IMG/VR virus record: IMGVR_UViG_2681813455_000010
Coordinates: 1-64,000 of that record
Length of the DNA stretch: 64,000 nt
Source of the DNA: a virus
Lineage: Duplodnaviria > Heunggongvirae > Uroviricota > Caudoviricetes
Direction: 5' to 3' (one strand)
This document shows positions 56,206 to 64,000 of this stretch, piece after piece. Under the pieces are notes generated by a model. It saw only the letters and a program-made list of their open reading frames with translations. It ran no database searches and was not told the DNA's origin. How positions within the stretch are numbered: position 1 is the first letter of the stretch; the number at the start of each line of letters is the position of its first letter. The translations under genes were made by a program, and so were the position numbers.

Positions 56206-56747
56206 ATTGCCCCCAGCATGGTGGTGACCATCGCCATCAATGGACCAGCCAGGTCCGGGTCCACACGAAACATCGACACAATGCCTTCACTCATCTCCTT
56301 CAGTTTCTGGTGGCGTGGTGCGTTGAGAATGACAGCCTGTTTTGCCTCACTGAGTTCCTTTTCCATTTCAGCCAACCGAGTCATGAAGCTATCCTGCTCA
56401 ACCAGGTAACCGCGATATTCCAGCGGTAGTACCGCCAGAATTGCCGGGGTCAGTTCACGCACGTTATTTCGGTATTTTTCAGAATCGAATTTGTTATCGA
56501 GGAAGCGGAACAGCTTCTGGCGTGCACGGCTGACATCATCAGGGAAATCGATGGTGCCGCCGCCCTGCTCCCGATACTCATTCACAATGAGTGCGGCAAC
56601 AACATCCTGATTATCTGCAGCCGACCAGGCGCGGACGGCATCACGGATTTTTTCGTGGCCTGGCACCTGTTTTATTTGAGAACGATTTATCACCGCAGTC
56701 GGGCTAAATCCGCTAGTCTGTTGGTATGTAAGTGGTTGCATAGTCAT
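56202..56747 (-). CDS. hypothetical regulator in the cII position (181 aa); possibly phage 186 CII-like
   Basis: Position between cro and O; family assignment is a guess from memory. Confidence 0.4.
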   Translation of the reverse strand: MTMQPLTYQQTSGFSPTAVINRSQIKQVPGHEKIRDAVRAWSAADNQDVVAALIVNEYREQGGGTIDFPDDVSRARQKLFRFLDNKFDSEKYRNNVRELTPAILAVLPLEYRGYLVEQDSFMTRLAEMEKELSEAKQAVILNAPRHQKLKEMSEGIVSMFRVDPDLAGPLMAMVTTMLGAI

Positions 56748-56771
56748 TGCCTTATCAGTTAACGCCGCAGT

Positions 56772-56999
56772 TTAGGCGGCAGAATTACTCGCGTTAAACA
56801 ATGGTGCGAGGTCGGGACGAATATCTGCTGGTTTAATCTTTCCACCAGTGGCTGAGACAATTTTCATTACATAGCGGGCATCAATTCCGCCACCGTGTAG
56901 CCAACGCCAAACTGTGGGTTGGGCTACACCGCATAGATCTGCCAGTCGTTTTTGACTACCTGTAATACTGATTGCGAGTTGAATGGTTTGATTTGTCAT
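56772..56999 (-). CDS. cro: Cro-like HTH repressor
   Basis: ..QKRLADLCGVAQPTVWRWLHGG.. HTH; divergent from cI; start set at ATG 56999. Confidence 0.6.
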   Translation of the reverse strand: MTNQTIQLAISITGSQKRLADLCGVAQPTVWRWLHGGGIDARYVMKIVSATGGKIKPADIRPDLAPLFNASNSAA

Positions 57000-57109
57000 T
57001 ATCAATTCCTATTGGTATTGCAATGAATGAATAATAGCAATGCGTATTAATCCAAGCAATAGCAAAACGTGTTTTGACCATCAATACGCAAGCGTATAAA
57101 TTAAAACTT
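57000..57109. promoter_or_regulatory. OR-like operator/promoter region between cro and cI
   Basis: Repeated TAGCAAT/AGCAATAGC half-site motifs also found at the OL-like cluster (59094-59140). Confidence 0.45.
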
Positions 57110-57802
57110 ATGAAAAAAGAAACTCTTGCTGATCGCTTAAACCTAGCGATGGAACAATCTGGAATGTCTCAAGGCGCTCTTGCAAAGGCGTCTGGCGTAG
57201 CTCAACCCACAATCTGGAGACTGACAAGCGGCAACGCGCGCGGCTCAACAAAAATTGTTGAAATAGCTAATGCATTGGGTGTTCGAACAGAATGGCTCTC
57301 ATCAGGCATAGGCCCGATGAGAAATGACGGTCAACAATCAGGGAAGCCTGCTGTCAGCCATTCCAAATACTTCAAAATTGACGTTCTTGATATAGAAGTC
57401 AGTGCCGGGCCAGGTGTAATCAACCGTGAGTTTGTAGAAGTTCTACGCTCGGTTGAGTACTCGTTTGACGATGCTCGTCACATGTTCGATGGCAGGAAGG
57501 CGGAAAATATCCGCATCATTAACGTGCGAGGTGACAGCATGTCAGGGACGATCGAACCAGGTGACCTGCTGTTCGTTGATATCACTGTTAAATCTTTCGA
57601 CGGTGATGGCATCTATGCGTTTCTATATGACGACACCGCCCATGTAAAGCGCCTGCAAATGATGAAGGATAAACTGCTGGTTATCTCTGATAACAAAAGC
57701 TACTCACCGTGGGACCCGATCGAGAAAGACGAGATGAACCGGGTATTCATCTTCGGTAAGGTTATTGGGAGCATGCCGCAGACGTATAGGAAACATGGTT
57801 AA
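57110..57802 (+). CDS. cI: cI-type repressor (HTH plus S24 LexA-like autopeptidase)
   Basis: N-terminal HTH (QGALAKASGVAQPTIWRL), C-terminal ..GDSMSGTIEPGDLLFVD.. and K-containing S24 pattern; ATG 57110 has no SD (leaderless as lambda cI); ORF track extends to 57074 via TTG. Confidence 0.85.
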   Translation: MKKETLADRLNLAMEQSGMSQGALAKASGVAQPTIWRLTSGNARGSTKIVEIANALGVRTEWLSSGIGPMRNDGQQSGKPAVSHSKYFKIDVLDIEVSAGPGVINREFVEVLRSVEYSFDDARHMFDGRKAENIRIINVRGDSMSGTIEPGDLLFVDITVKSFDGDGIYAFLYDDTAHVKRLQMMKDKLLVISDNKSYSPWDPIEKDEMNRVFIFGKVIGSMPQTYRKHG

Positions 57803-58090
57803 TCCCATGTCTAAATAATAGACAATATTAATGATGGCGATAGTCAAAGCTCTCGCCATGACACTTTATATTGTATTGAATTATGCCTCTCTACCACTAT
57901 ATATAGCAAACAACTTTCCAGTACCTCTCCCCAGAATAATATGCTGTCCAATGAGGATAAACAGCAATAAATCCTATCGTTTTATAAGTGACGGATGTAC
58001 ATAAAGTTATTAATATGTACTAACAGTTACCTTTCAGGTAAAATGCAAACATTACACAACTGGTTATTTATACAGTTAAGGGGGCATAAC

Positions 58091-58561
58091 ATGGCTTACT
58101 CAGCTGCAGCGGTTGCTAATGCCTTCATTGAAAAGGCTTTAAAGGGTGAGTTAAAGAATCTGACTCCAATGAAGCTCCAGAAGCTTCTTTTTTATACTCA
58201 ATCATGGCATTTAAAGTTACGCGACAACACACCGCTTTTTGATGATCTTTTCGCCAGATGGAAATTCGGGCCTGTTATTCCACCGCTTTATCATATGTTG
58301 AAGAAGTATGGCGCAAACGAAATCACTGAAAAGATTAGCGTCATCTTAGAGTGTGATGGCGAATTAAAAAGAATCACCCCTACAATTCAAAAAGATGATG
58401 AAGAAGCTCAAGCTCTTATCAATAAAATCATCGAAGTATATGGGAAATTTTCAGGTACTGAACTGTCTAACTTAACACATGCGCCTGGTACAGCATGGAG
58501 CAAGGGAAGTGCAGATGGTGGCCCCATTTCTCATGAGGATATGGCGAAGCATATTCACTAA
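58091..58561 (+). CDS. Panacea/DUF4065-like (PanA/SocA antitoxin-type) domain protein, 156 aa
   Basis: ATG 58091 with AAGGGGG SD; ..LTPMKLQKLLFYTQSWHL..FARWKFGPVIPPLYH.. matches recalled DUF4065 core pattern; stop overlaps next start (TAATG). Confidence 0.5.
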   Translation: MAYSAAAVANAFIEKALKGELKNLTPMKLQKLLFYTQSWHLKLRDNTPLFDDLFARWKFGPVIPPLYHMLKKYGANEITEKISVILECDGELKRITPTIQKDDEEAQALINKIIEVYGKFSGTELSNLTHAPGTAWSKGSADGGPISHEDMAKHIH

Positions 58562-58944
58562 TGAAGTCGTTTGATAGCATATCTATACCCAGTGGCACAA
58601 ATGTAGGCTCATCGAAAGTATCAAGTGCCGAAGATGAGCCGCCAATTACAGAAAGAATATCCAGAGGTGACGACCTCAATGCTCAAAAAGCGGCAGATGC
58701 CAAGTCAAACAGGCAACTTCGTGAGATCTTGGCAGAAAAAGCGTACCGTGTCGTAAAAAAATCACTTTACGGATGGGCTTTGTTTCTTTTCTTTCAAGGC
58801 TGGTTTTCTATCATTGGGATAAAGGTTTTTTCCGATAAGGTAGTTTTGGCTGTAACAACAGCTGTTACTCTTAATGTATTCGCTGCTTTTCTTGGTGTTA
58901 TCAGGGGATTATTCCCAGCTGCCAGTAGAAAAGATAAAAGTTAA
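58561..58944 (+). CDS. small membrane protein (127 aa), candidate toxin/effector partner
   Basis: Hydrophilic N-terminal half; C-terminal hydrophobic helices WALFLFFQGWFSIIGIKVF and LAVTTAVTLNVFAAFLGVI; translationally coupled to upstream gene. Confidence 0.5.
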   Translation: MKSFDSISIPSGTNVGSSKVSSAEDEPPITERISRGDDLNAQKAADAKSNRQLREILAEKAYRVVKKSLYGWALFLFFQGWFSIIGIKVFSDKVVLAVTTAVTLNVFAAFLGVIRGLFPAASRKDKS

Positions 58945-58971
58945 CCCGGCCACCGTGCCGGGTTTTCTTTT
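58945..58971 (+). terminator. rho-independent terminator after the two-gene cassette
   Basis: cccggccaccgtgccggg hairpin followed by ttttctttt. Confidence 0.55.
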
Positions 58972-59093
58972 GTCCCCTCCCCTCATCACACACCACTCAA
59001 AAAACCACCACACCTCACTTCAGTTATCGCTATGCGATGCAAGTCACAAAATTAATTCTTTTTGCTATCAAACATTTAATATCAAAACACATC

Positions 59094-59140
59094 TAGCAAT
59101 AGCAATAAGTATTGATATCATCAATAGCAATAGCTATTAT
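59094..59140. promoter_or_regulatory. OL-like operator cluster
   Basis: tagcaatagcaata...caatagcaatagctatt shares half-site motif with OR region. Confidence 0.4.
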
Positions 59141-59417
59141 CACCATGTCGCAACAACACAACGATACGGCAATCACCTGATTCACCGTTGCGATGACCGC
59201 TTAGATCCGCAGCTTGAATTTCAGCAGGCTCCGGGGAGTGCGAGGGGTGAAGCGGACGCGTGAACGTCGGTGTGACCAGCTGAAATCAACTCAACACTTC
59301 ATACCTCAGTCGCTTCAACGAGGCGGCTTAGTTATGACAACCGGCGGCCATCCACCGCCTGAATACGCGCAGAAGTCTTTATATGTTCAGCAGCCCAGCT
59401 TACGGGCAGGAGTTTTT

Positions 59418-59624
59418 ATGGTTCATCAACATTACGGAACGCAGACCGTTAATCGCGGTGCGGTCATGCCAGGAATGCTGGTCAAACACAAAGATGGTAC
59501 CTGGACTGCATCAGCTAATTTACGCGGACGGCTTTATCTGCATCGCGGCATCGAGCGCACTTATACCCGTGACTTGCTCGTGGAAGTTTTTCTCGACGTA
59601 CGCGGCAACGGCCTGAATCACTAA
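59418..59624 (+). CDS. hypothetical early-left protein (68 aa)
   Basis: ATG with AGGAG SD inside longer ORF 59214-59624; no recognised family. Confidence 0.3.
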   Translation: MVHQHYGTQTVNRGAVMPGMLVKHKDGTWTASANLRGRLYLHRGIERTYTRDLLVEVFLDVRGNGLNH

Positions 59625-59699
59625 CCCCCTTTCCTGTTTTCCTAATCAGCCTGGCATTTCGCGGGCGATATTTCCACAGCCATTTTCAGGAGTTCAGCC

Positions 59700-59996
59700 A
59701 TGAACGCTTATTACATTCAGGATCGTCTTGAGGCTCAGAGCTGGACGCGTCACTACCAGCAGATCGCCCGTGAAGAGAAAGAGGCAGAACTGGCAGACGA
59801 CATGGAAAAAGGCCTGCCCCAGCACCTGTTTGAATCGCTATGCATCGATCATTTGCAACGCCACGGGGTCAGCAAAAAAGCCATTACCCGTGCGTTCGAT
59901 GACGATGTTGAGTTTCAGGGGCGCATGGCAGAACACATCCGGTACATGGTTGAAACCATTGCTCACCACCAGGTTGATATTGATTCAGAGGTATAA
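59700..59996 (+). CDS. gam: Gam (RecBCD inhibitor), short GamS-type form
   Basis: [56 protein letters not shown].. matches lambda Gam. Confidence 0.9.
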   Translation: MNAYYIQDRLEAQSWTRHYQQIAREEKEAELADDMEKGLPQHLFESLCIDHLQRHGVSKKAITRAFDDDVEFQGRMAEHIRYMVETIAHHQVDIDSEV

Positions 59997-60001
59997 AACG
60001 G

Positions 60002-60787
60002 ATGAGTACAGCACTCGCAACGCTGGCTGGGAAGCTGGCTGAACGTGTCGGCATGGATTCTGTCGACCCACAGGAACTGATCACCACTCTTCGCCAGACG
60101 GCATTTAAAGGTGATGCCAGCGATGCGCAGTTCATCGCATTGTTGATCGTCGCCAACCAGTACGGCCTTAATCCGTGGACGAAAGAAATTTACGCCTTCC
60201 CTGACAAGCAGAACGGCATCGTTCCGGTGGTGGGCGTTGATGGCTGGTCCCGCATCATCAATGAAAACCAGCAGTTTGATGGCATGGACTTTGAGCAGGA
60301 CAATGAATCCTGCACATGCCGGATTTACCGCAAAGACCGCAATCATCCGATCTGCGTTACCGAGTGGATGGATGAATGCCGCCGCGAACCATTCAAAACC
60401 CGCGAAGGCAGAGAAATCACGGGGCCGTGGCAGTCGCATCCCAAACGGATGTTACGGCATAAAGCCATGATTCAGTGTGCCCGTCTCGCCTTCGGATTTG
60501 CTGGTATCTATGACAAGGATGAAGCCGAGCGCATTGTCGAAAATACCGCATACACTGCAGAACGTCAGCCGGAACGCGACATCACTCCGGTTAACGATGA
60601 AACCATGCAGGAGATTAACACTCTGCTGATTGCCCTGGATAAAACATGGGATGACGACTTATTGCCGCTCTGTTCCCAGATATTTCGCCGCGACATTCGC
60701 GCATCGTCAGAACTGACACAGGCCGAAGCAGTGAAAGCTCTTGGATTCCTGAAACAGAAAGCCACTGAGCAGAAGGTGGCAGCATGA
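60002..60787 (+). CDS. bet: Bet single-strand annealing protein
   Basis: 261 aa, matches lambda Bet. Confidence 0.95.
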   Translation: MSTALATLAGKLAERVGMDSVDPQELITTLRQTAFKGDASDAQFIALLIVANQYGLNPWTKEIYAFPDKQNGIVPVVGVDGWSRIINENQQFDGMDFEQDNESCTCRIYRKDRNHPICVTEWMDECRREPFKTREGREITGPWQSHPKRMLRHKAMIQCARLAFGFAGIYDKDEAERIVENTAYTAERQPERDITPVNDETMQEINTLLIALDKTWDDDLLPLCSQIFRRDIRASSELTQAEAVKALGFLKQKATEQKVAA

Positions 60788-61464
60788 CACCGGACATTAT
60801 ACTGCAGCGTACCGGGATCGACGTGAGAGCTGTCGAACAGGGGGATGATGCATGGCACAAATTACGGCTCGGCGTCATCACCGCTTCAGAAGTTCACAAC
60901 GTGATAGCAAAGCCCCGATCAGGAAAGAAGTGGCCTGACATGAAAATGTCCTACTTCCACACCCTGCTGGCTGAGGTTTGCACCGGTGTGGCTCCGGAAG
61001 TTAACGCTAAAGCGCTGGCCTGGGGAAAACAGTACGAGAACGACGCCAGAACCCTGTTTGAGTTCACTTCCGGCGTAAATGTTATTGAATCCCCGATCAT
61101 CTATCGCGACGAAAGTATGCGCACCGCCTGCTCTCCCGATGGTTTATGCAGTGACGGCAATGGCCTTGAGCTGAAATGCCCGTTTACCTCCCGGGATTTC
61201 ATGAAGTTCCGGCTCGGTGGTTTCGAGGCCATAAAGTCGGCTTACATGGCCCAGGTGCAGTACAGCATGTGGGTGACGCGAAAAGATGCCTGGTACTTTG
61301 CCAACTATGACCCGCGTATGAAGCGTGAAGGCCTGCATTATGTCGTGGTTGAGCGGGATGAAAAGTACATGGCGAGTTTTGACGAGATGGTGCCGGAGTT
61401 CATCGAAAAAATGGACGAGGCACTGGCTGAAATTGGTTTTGCATTTGGGGAGCAATGGCGATGA
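60784..61464 (+). CDS. exo: Exo 5'-3' exonuclease
   Basis: 226 aa, matches lambda Exo. Confidence 0.95.
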   Translation: MTPDIILQRTGIDVRAVEQGDDAWHKLRLGVITASEVHNVIAKPRSGKKWPDMKMSYFHTLLAEVCTGVAPEVNAKALAWGKQYENDARTLFEFTSGVNVIESPIIYRDESMRTACSPDGLCSDGNGLELKCPFTSRDFMKFRLGGFEAIKSAYMAQVQYSMWVTRKDAWYFANYDPRMKREGLHYVVVERDEKYMASFDEMVPEFIEKMDEALAEIGFAFGEQWR

Positions 61465-61622
61465 AGCATCCTCACGATAATATCCGGGTAGGCACGATCA
61501 CTTTCGTCTACTCCGTTACAAAGCGAGGCTGGGTATTTCCCGGCCTTTCTGTTATCCGAAATCCCCTGAAAGCACAGCGGCTGGCTGAGGAGATAAATAA
61601 TAAACGGGGGCTGTATGACTGA
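61461..61622 (+). CDS. small protein (53 aa), translationally coupled to exo and methyltransferase
   Basis: ATGA overlap with exo stop, stop overlaps next ATG; below ORF-track cutoff. Confidence 0.35.
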   Translation: MKHPHDNIRVGTITFVYSVTKRGWVFPGLSVIRNPLKAQRLAEEINNKRGLYD

Positions 61623-62172
61623 TTTCACCGGAAGCAATACTCCTGCCGAACATCGCGACAGCTGGCGCACACCACCAGAGATTTTTGCTGCGCTTAATGC
61701 AGAGTTCGTTTTTCAACTTGATGCTGCCGCCAGCGAAAAAAACCGACTATGTCGGCTTTTTATCTCACAGGAGCAGAACACATTAACCACTTCATGGCCT
61801 GAAGCAATGGGATATGCCTCTGGTTATGTCTGGTTGAATCCACCATACAGCAATATTTCCCCTTTTGTGAAAAAGGCAGCCACTGAAAACAAATTCAGTA
61901 GTGTGGGATGTGTAATGTTATTGCCTGCTGACACATCTGTCGGATGGTTTCATGAAGCGATACAAACCGCCAGTGAGGTCAGATTCATCACGGCAGGACG
62001 ACTGGCATTTATTAACCCACTCACTGAGAAACCCGTCAGTGGAAATAATAAAGGCTCGATGCTCATTATCTGGCACCCATACCCCCGTACACACTGCCAC
62101 TTTACGACCGTTGATCGTGGAGAGTTGATGGCGTTCGGCTCAAGGATTCTTGCCCGTCGGGAGGCTGCATGA
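61615..62172 (+). CDS. phage-type DNA N6-adenine methyltransferase (Dam-like)
   Basis: ..YVWLNPPYSN.. NPPY catalytic motif plus upstream motif I-like region. Confidence 0.65.
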   Translation: MTDFTGSNTPAEHRDSWRTPPEIFAALNAEFVFQLDAAASEKNRLCRLFISQEQNTLTTSWPEAMGYASGYVWLNPPYSNISPFVKKAATENKFSSVGCVMLLPADTSVGWFHEAIQTASEVRFITAGRLAFINPLTEKPVSGNNKGSMLIIWHPYPRTHCHFTTVDRGELMAFGSRILARREAA

Positions 62173-62248
62173 CAACCACGGAATGCATTTTTCTGGCAGC
62201 GGGCTTCATATTCTGTGTGCTTATGCTTGCCGACATGGGACTTGTTCA

Positions 62249-62464
62249 ATGACACCTCAGCAGGAAAACGCCCTTCGCAGCATTGCCCGTCAGGCTAATT
62301 CTGAAATCAAAAAAGCCAGACAGCAGTTTCCGGATAAAAACGTCGATGACATTTGCCGTAGCGTACTGAAGAAGCACCGCGAAACGGTAACGCTGATGGG
62401 ATTCACACCGACTCATTTAAGCCTGGCAATCGGCATGTTAAACGGCGTCTTTAAGGAACGATGA
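62249..62464 (+). CDS. hypothetical protein (71 aa)
   Basis: ATG 62249 within ORF 62150-62464; coupled gene chain. Confidence 0.3.
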   Translation: MTPQQENALRSIARQANSEIKKARQQFPDKNVDDICRSVLKKHRETVTLMGFTPTHLSLAIGMLNGVFKER

Positions 62465-62562
62465 ACATGAAAAGCAAAATCATCAGGGAGCTACAGGCTC
62501 CTTTTTTATTATTCGCATTCACCCTCAAGCGTATTAACCAACAATTCAGGGATTAATGGAAG

Positions 62563-62781
62563 ATGGCAGACATCATTGATTCAGCATCAGAAATTGAAGA
62601 ATTACAGCGCAACACAGCAATAAAAATGCGCCGCCTGAACCACCAGGCTATATCTGCCACTCATTGTTGTGAGTGTGGCGATCCGATAGATGAACGAAGA
62701 CGCCTGGTCGTTCAGGGTTGTCGGACTTGTGCAAGTTGCCAGGAGGAGATCGAACTTAAGAACAAACAATGGGGATTGTGA
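62563..62781 (+). CDS. TraR/DksA-family C4 zinc-finger protein
   Basis: 72 aa with CxxC...CxxC (CCECGDPIDE...CRTCASC). Confidence 0.6.
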   Translation: MADIIDSASEIEELQRNTAIKMRRLNHQAISATHCCECGDPIDERRRLVVQGCRTCASCQEEIELKNKQWGL

Positions 62782-62828
62782 TGGCCTCAAAGCAGCAAAT
62801 TTCAACATCGTCCAACTGAGGTGTAAAA

Positions 62829-63107
62829 ATGTTCAGAATCATTTTTCCTAACACCTGGTACGTCGACCACCACGGCACTCCCTGCAAAATCCTGCGTTCT
62901 ACCCACAACAAAGTTCACTACATCCGAAAAGGCAGAACATGTATCGCCAGCATGTTCCGCTTTAATCATGACTTTGAACCTGTGAATAAAGCTGATGCAG
63001 ATCGGATAGCAGAAGAGATCGAAACGGCAGAACACATTAAGAAGTTACGTGACATGCGTTCAAAAAGCAGAGGTAACCATGGAATCATACAGCCTCACAC
63101 TCGATGA
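62829..63107 (+). CDS. hypothetical protein (92 aa)
   Basis: ATG with GAGGTG SD. Confidence 0.4.
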   Translation: MFRIIFPNTWYVDHHGTPCKILRSTHNKVHYIRKGRTCIASMFRFNHDFEPVNKADADRIAEEIETAEHIKKLRDMRSKSRGNHGIIQPHTR

Positions 63108-63429
63108 GGCCTGTCAGTTTCTTAAGATATCCAGACCAACCGCCACCAACTGGATACGAACAGGCCGCCTACAGGCAACACGCAAAGACCCCACTAAACC
63201 AAAATCTCCTTACCTCACAACGCGACAAGCCTGCATTGCGGCGCTTCAGTCTCCGCTGCATACTGTCCAGGTGAGCGCGGGTGATGGCATAACAGAGGAA
63301 AGAAAATGTCACTCTTCCGCAGAGGTGAAATATGGTACGCCAGTTTCACATTGCCGAACGGTAAAAGATTTAAACAGTCTCTTGGAACAAAGGACAAAAG
63401 GCAGGCGACAGAACTCCATGACAAGCTAA
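63079..63429 (+). CDS. xis: excisionase (Xis), P22-like
   Basis: [31 protein letters not shown].. HTH immediately upstream of and overlapping int; start ATG 63079. Confidence 0.5.
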   Translation: MESYSLTLDEACQFLKISRPTATNWIRTGRLQATRKDPTKPKSPYLTTRQACIAALQSPLHTVQVSAGDGITEERKCHSSAEVKYGTPVSHCRTVKDLNSLLEQRTKGRRQNSMTS

Positions 63430-64000
63430 AGGCTGAAGCATGGCGGGTCAGCAAACTTGGTGAAATACCTGATATAACGTTCGAGGAAGCGTGTGTCAGG
63501 TGGCTTGAAGAGAAAGCACATAAAAAATCACTGGACGATGACAAAAGCCGGATCGGATTCTGGCTTCAACATTTCGCAGGAATGCAACTAAGAGACATTA
63601 CTGAATCAAAAATTTATTCAGCAATGCAGAAAATGACGAACCGGCGTCATGAGGAAAACTGGAAACTCAGGGCAGAAGCATGCAGAAAAAAAGGGAAACC
63701 TGTTCCAGAATACACGCCAAAACCAGCGTCCGTTGCAACGAAGGCTACGCATCTTTCATTTATAAAGGCCCTACTAAGAGCCGCAGAGCGTGAATGGAAA
63801 ATGCTGGATAAGGCACCAATTATTAAAGTGCCTCAACCAAAGAATAAACGGATCCGCTGGCTGGAGCCCCATGAAGCACAAAGGCTGATTGATGAATGTC
63901 CGGAGCCATTAAAGTCTGTTGTTGAATTTGCACTGGCAACAGGCTTAAGACGCTCGAACATCATCAACCTTGAATGGCAACAAATAGACATGCAGCGCCG
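63306..64000 (+). CDS. int: lambdoid (P22/DLP12-type) tyrosine integrase, N-terminal 231 codons; continues beyond window
   Basis: [41 protein letters not shown].. matches recalled P22-family Int N-terminus; open to window end. Confidence 0.9.
   Translation, partial: MSLFRRGEIWYASFTLPNGKRFKQSLGTKDKRQATELHDKLKAEAWRVSKLGEIPDITFEEACVRWLEEKAHKKSLDDDKSRIGFWLQHFAGMQLRDITESKIYSAMQKMTNRRHEENWKLRAEACRKKGKPVPEYTPKPASVATKATHLSFIKALLRAAEREWKMLDKAPIIKVPQPKNKRIRWLEPHEAQRLIDECPEPLKSVVEFALATGLRRSNIINLEWQQIDMQR

Noticed and set aside
59214-59624. 136-aa ORF as an N-like antiterminator (Arg-rich N-terminus)
   Set aside because: Start is not ATG (the only SD-backed ATG is internal at 59418), and no boxA/boxB-like nut site was seen; retained only as a 68-aa hypothetical.

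Overview
64-kb window from an enterobacterial chromosome (E. coli-like, inferred from lambda-type genes) at a tRNA-Thr (thrW-type) integration hotspot. All homology calls are from reading the translations and recalling known families; no search was run. Left to right: (1) 1-3646: 3' part of an autotransporter gene, a MarR-like regulator and an N-terminal integrase remnant. (2) 3830-16376: a ~12.5-kb AT-rich integrative element bounded by 20-bp direct repeats identical to the 3' end of tRNA-Thr, with a tyrosine integrase, a minus-strand block of structural-looking genes, a ~2-kb repeat-dense non-coding region (three repeat families) and a serine resolvase. (3) 16378-22300: a 45-nt tRNA-Thr 3' fragment followed by an AT-rich islet with candidate defence genes (DUF4365-like protein, integrase remnant, 373-aa unknown, P-loop/cytidine-deaminase fusion). 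(4) 23023-64000: a ~41-kb lambda-like prophage in inverted orientation (tail fibres, J-I-K-L-M-H-T/G-V-U-Z-FII-FI-E-D-C-B-W-A-Nu1, cos, Rz/Rz1, SAR endolysin, pinholin, cold-shock gene, Q, rusA/nin region, P, O with ori iterons, cro, cI, gam-bet-exo, Dam-like methyltransferase, xis, int running off the window). Best candidate for an undescribed system: a translationally coupled two-gene cassette at the rexAB-equivalent position (58091-58944), a Panacea/DUF4065-like protein plus a small membrane protein. Also notable: the kinase-deaminase fusion, the DUF4365-like gene and the unclassified integrative element with a plasmid-like origin.
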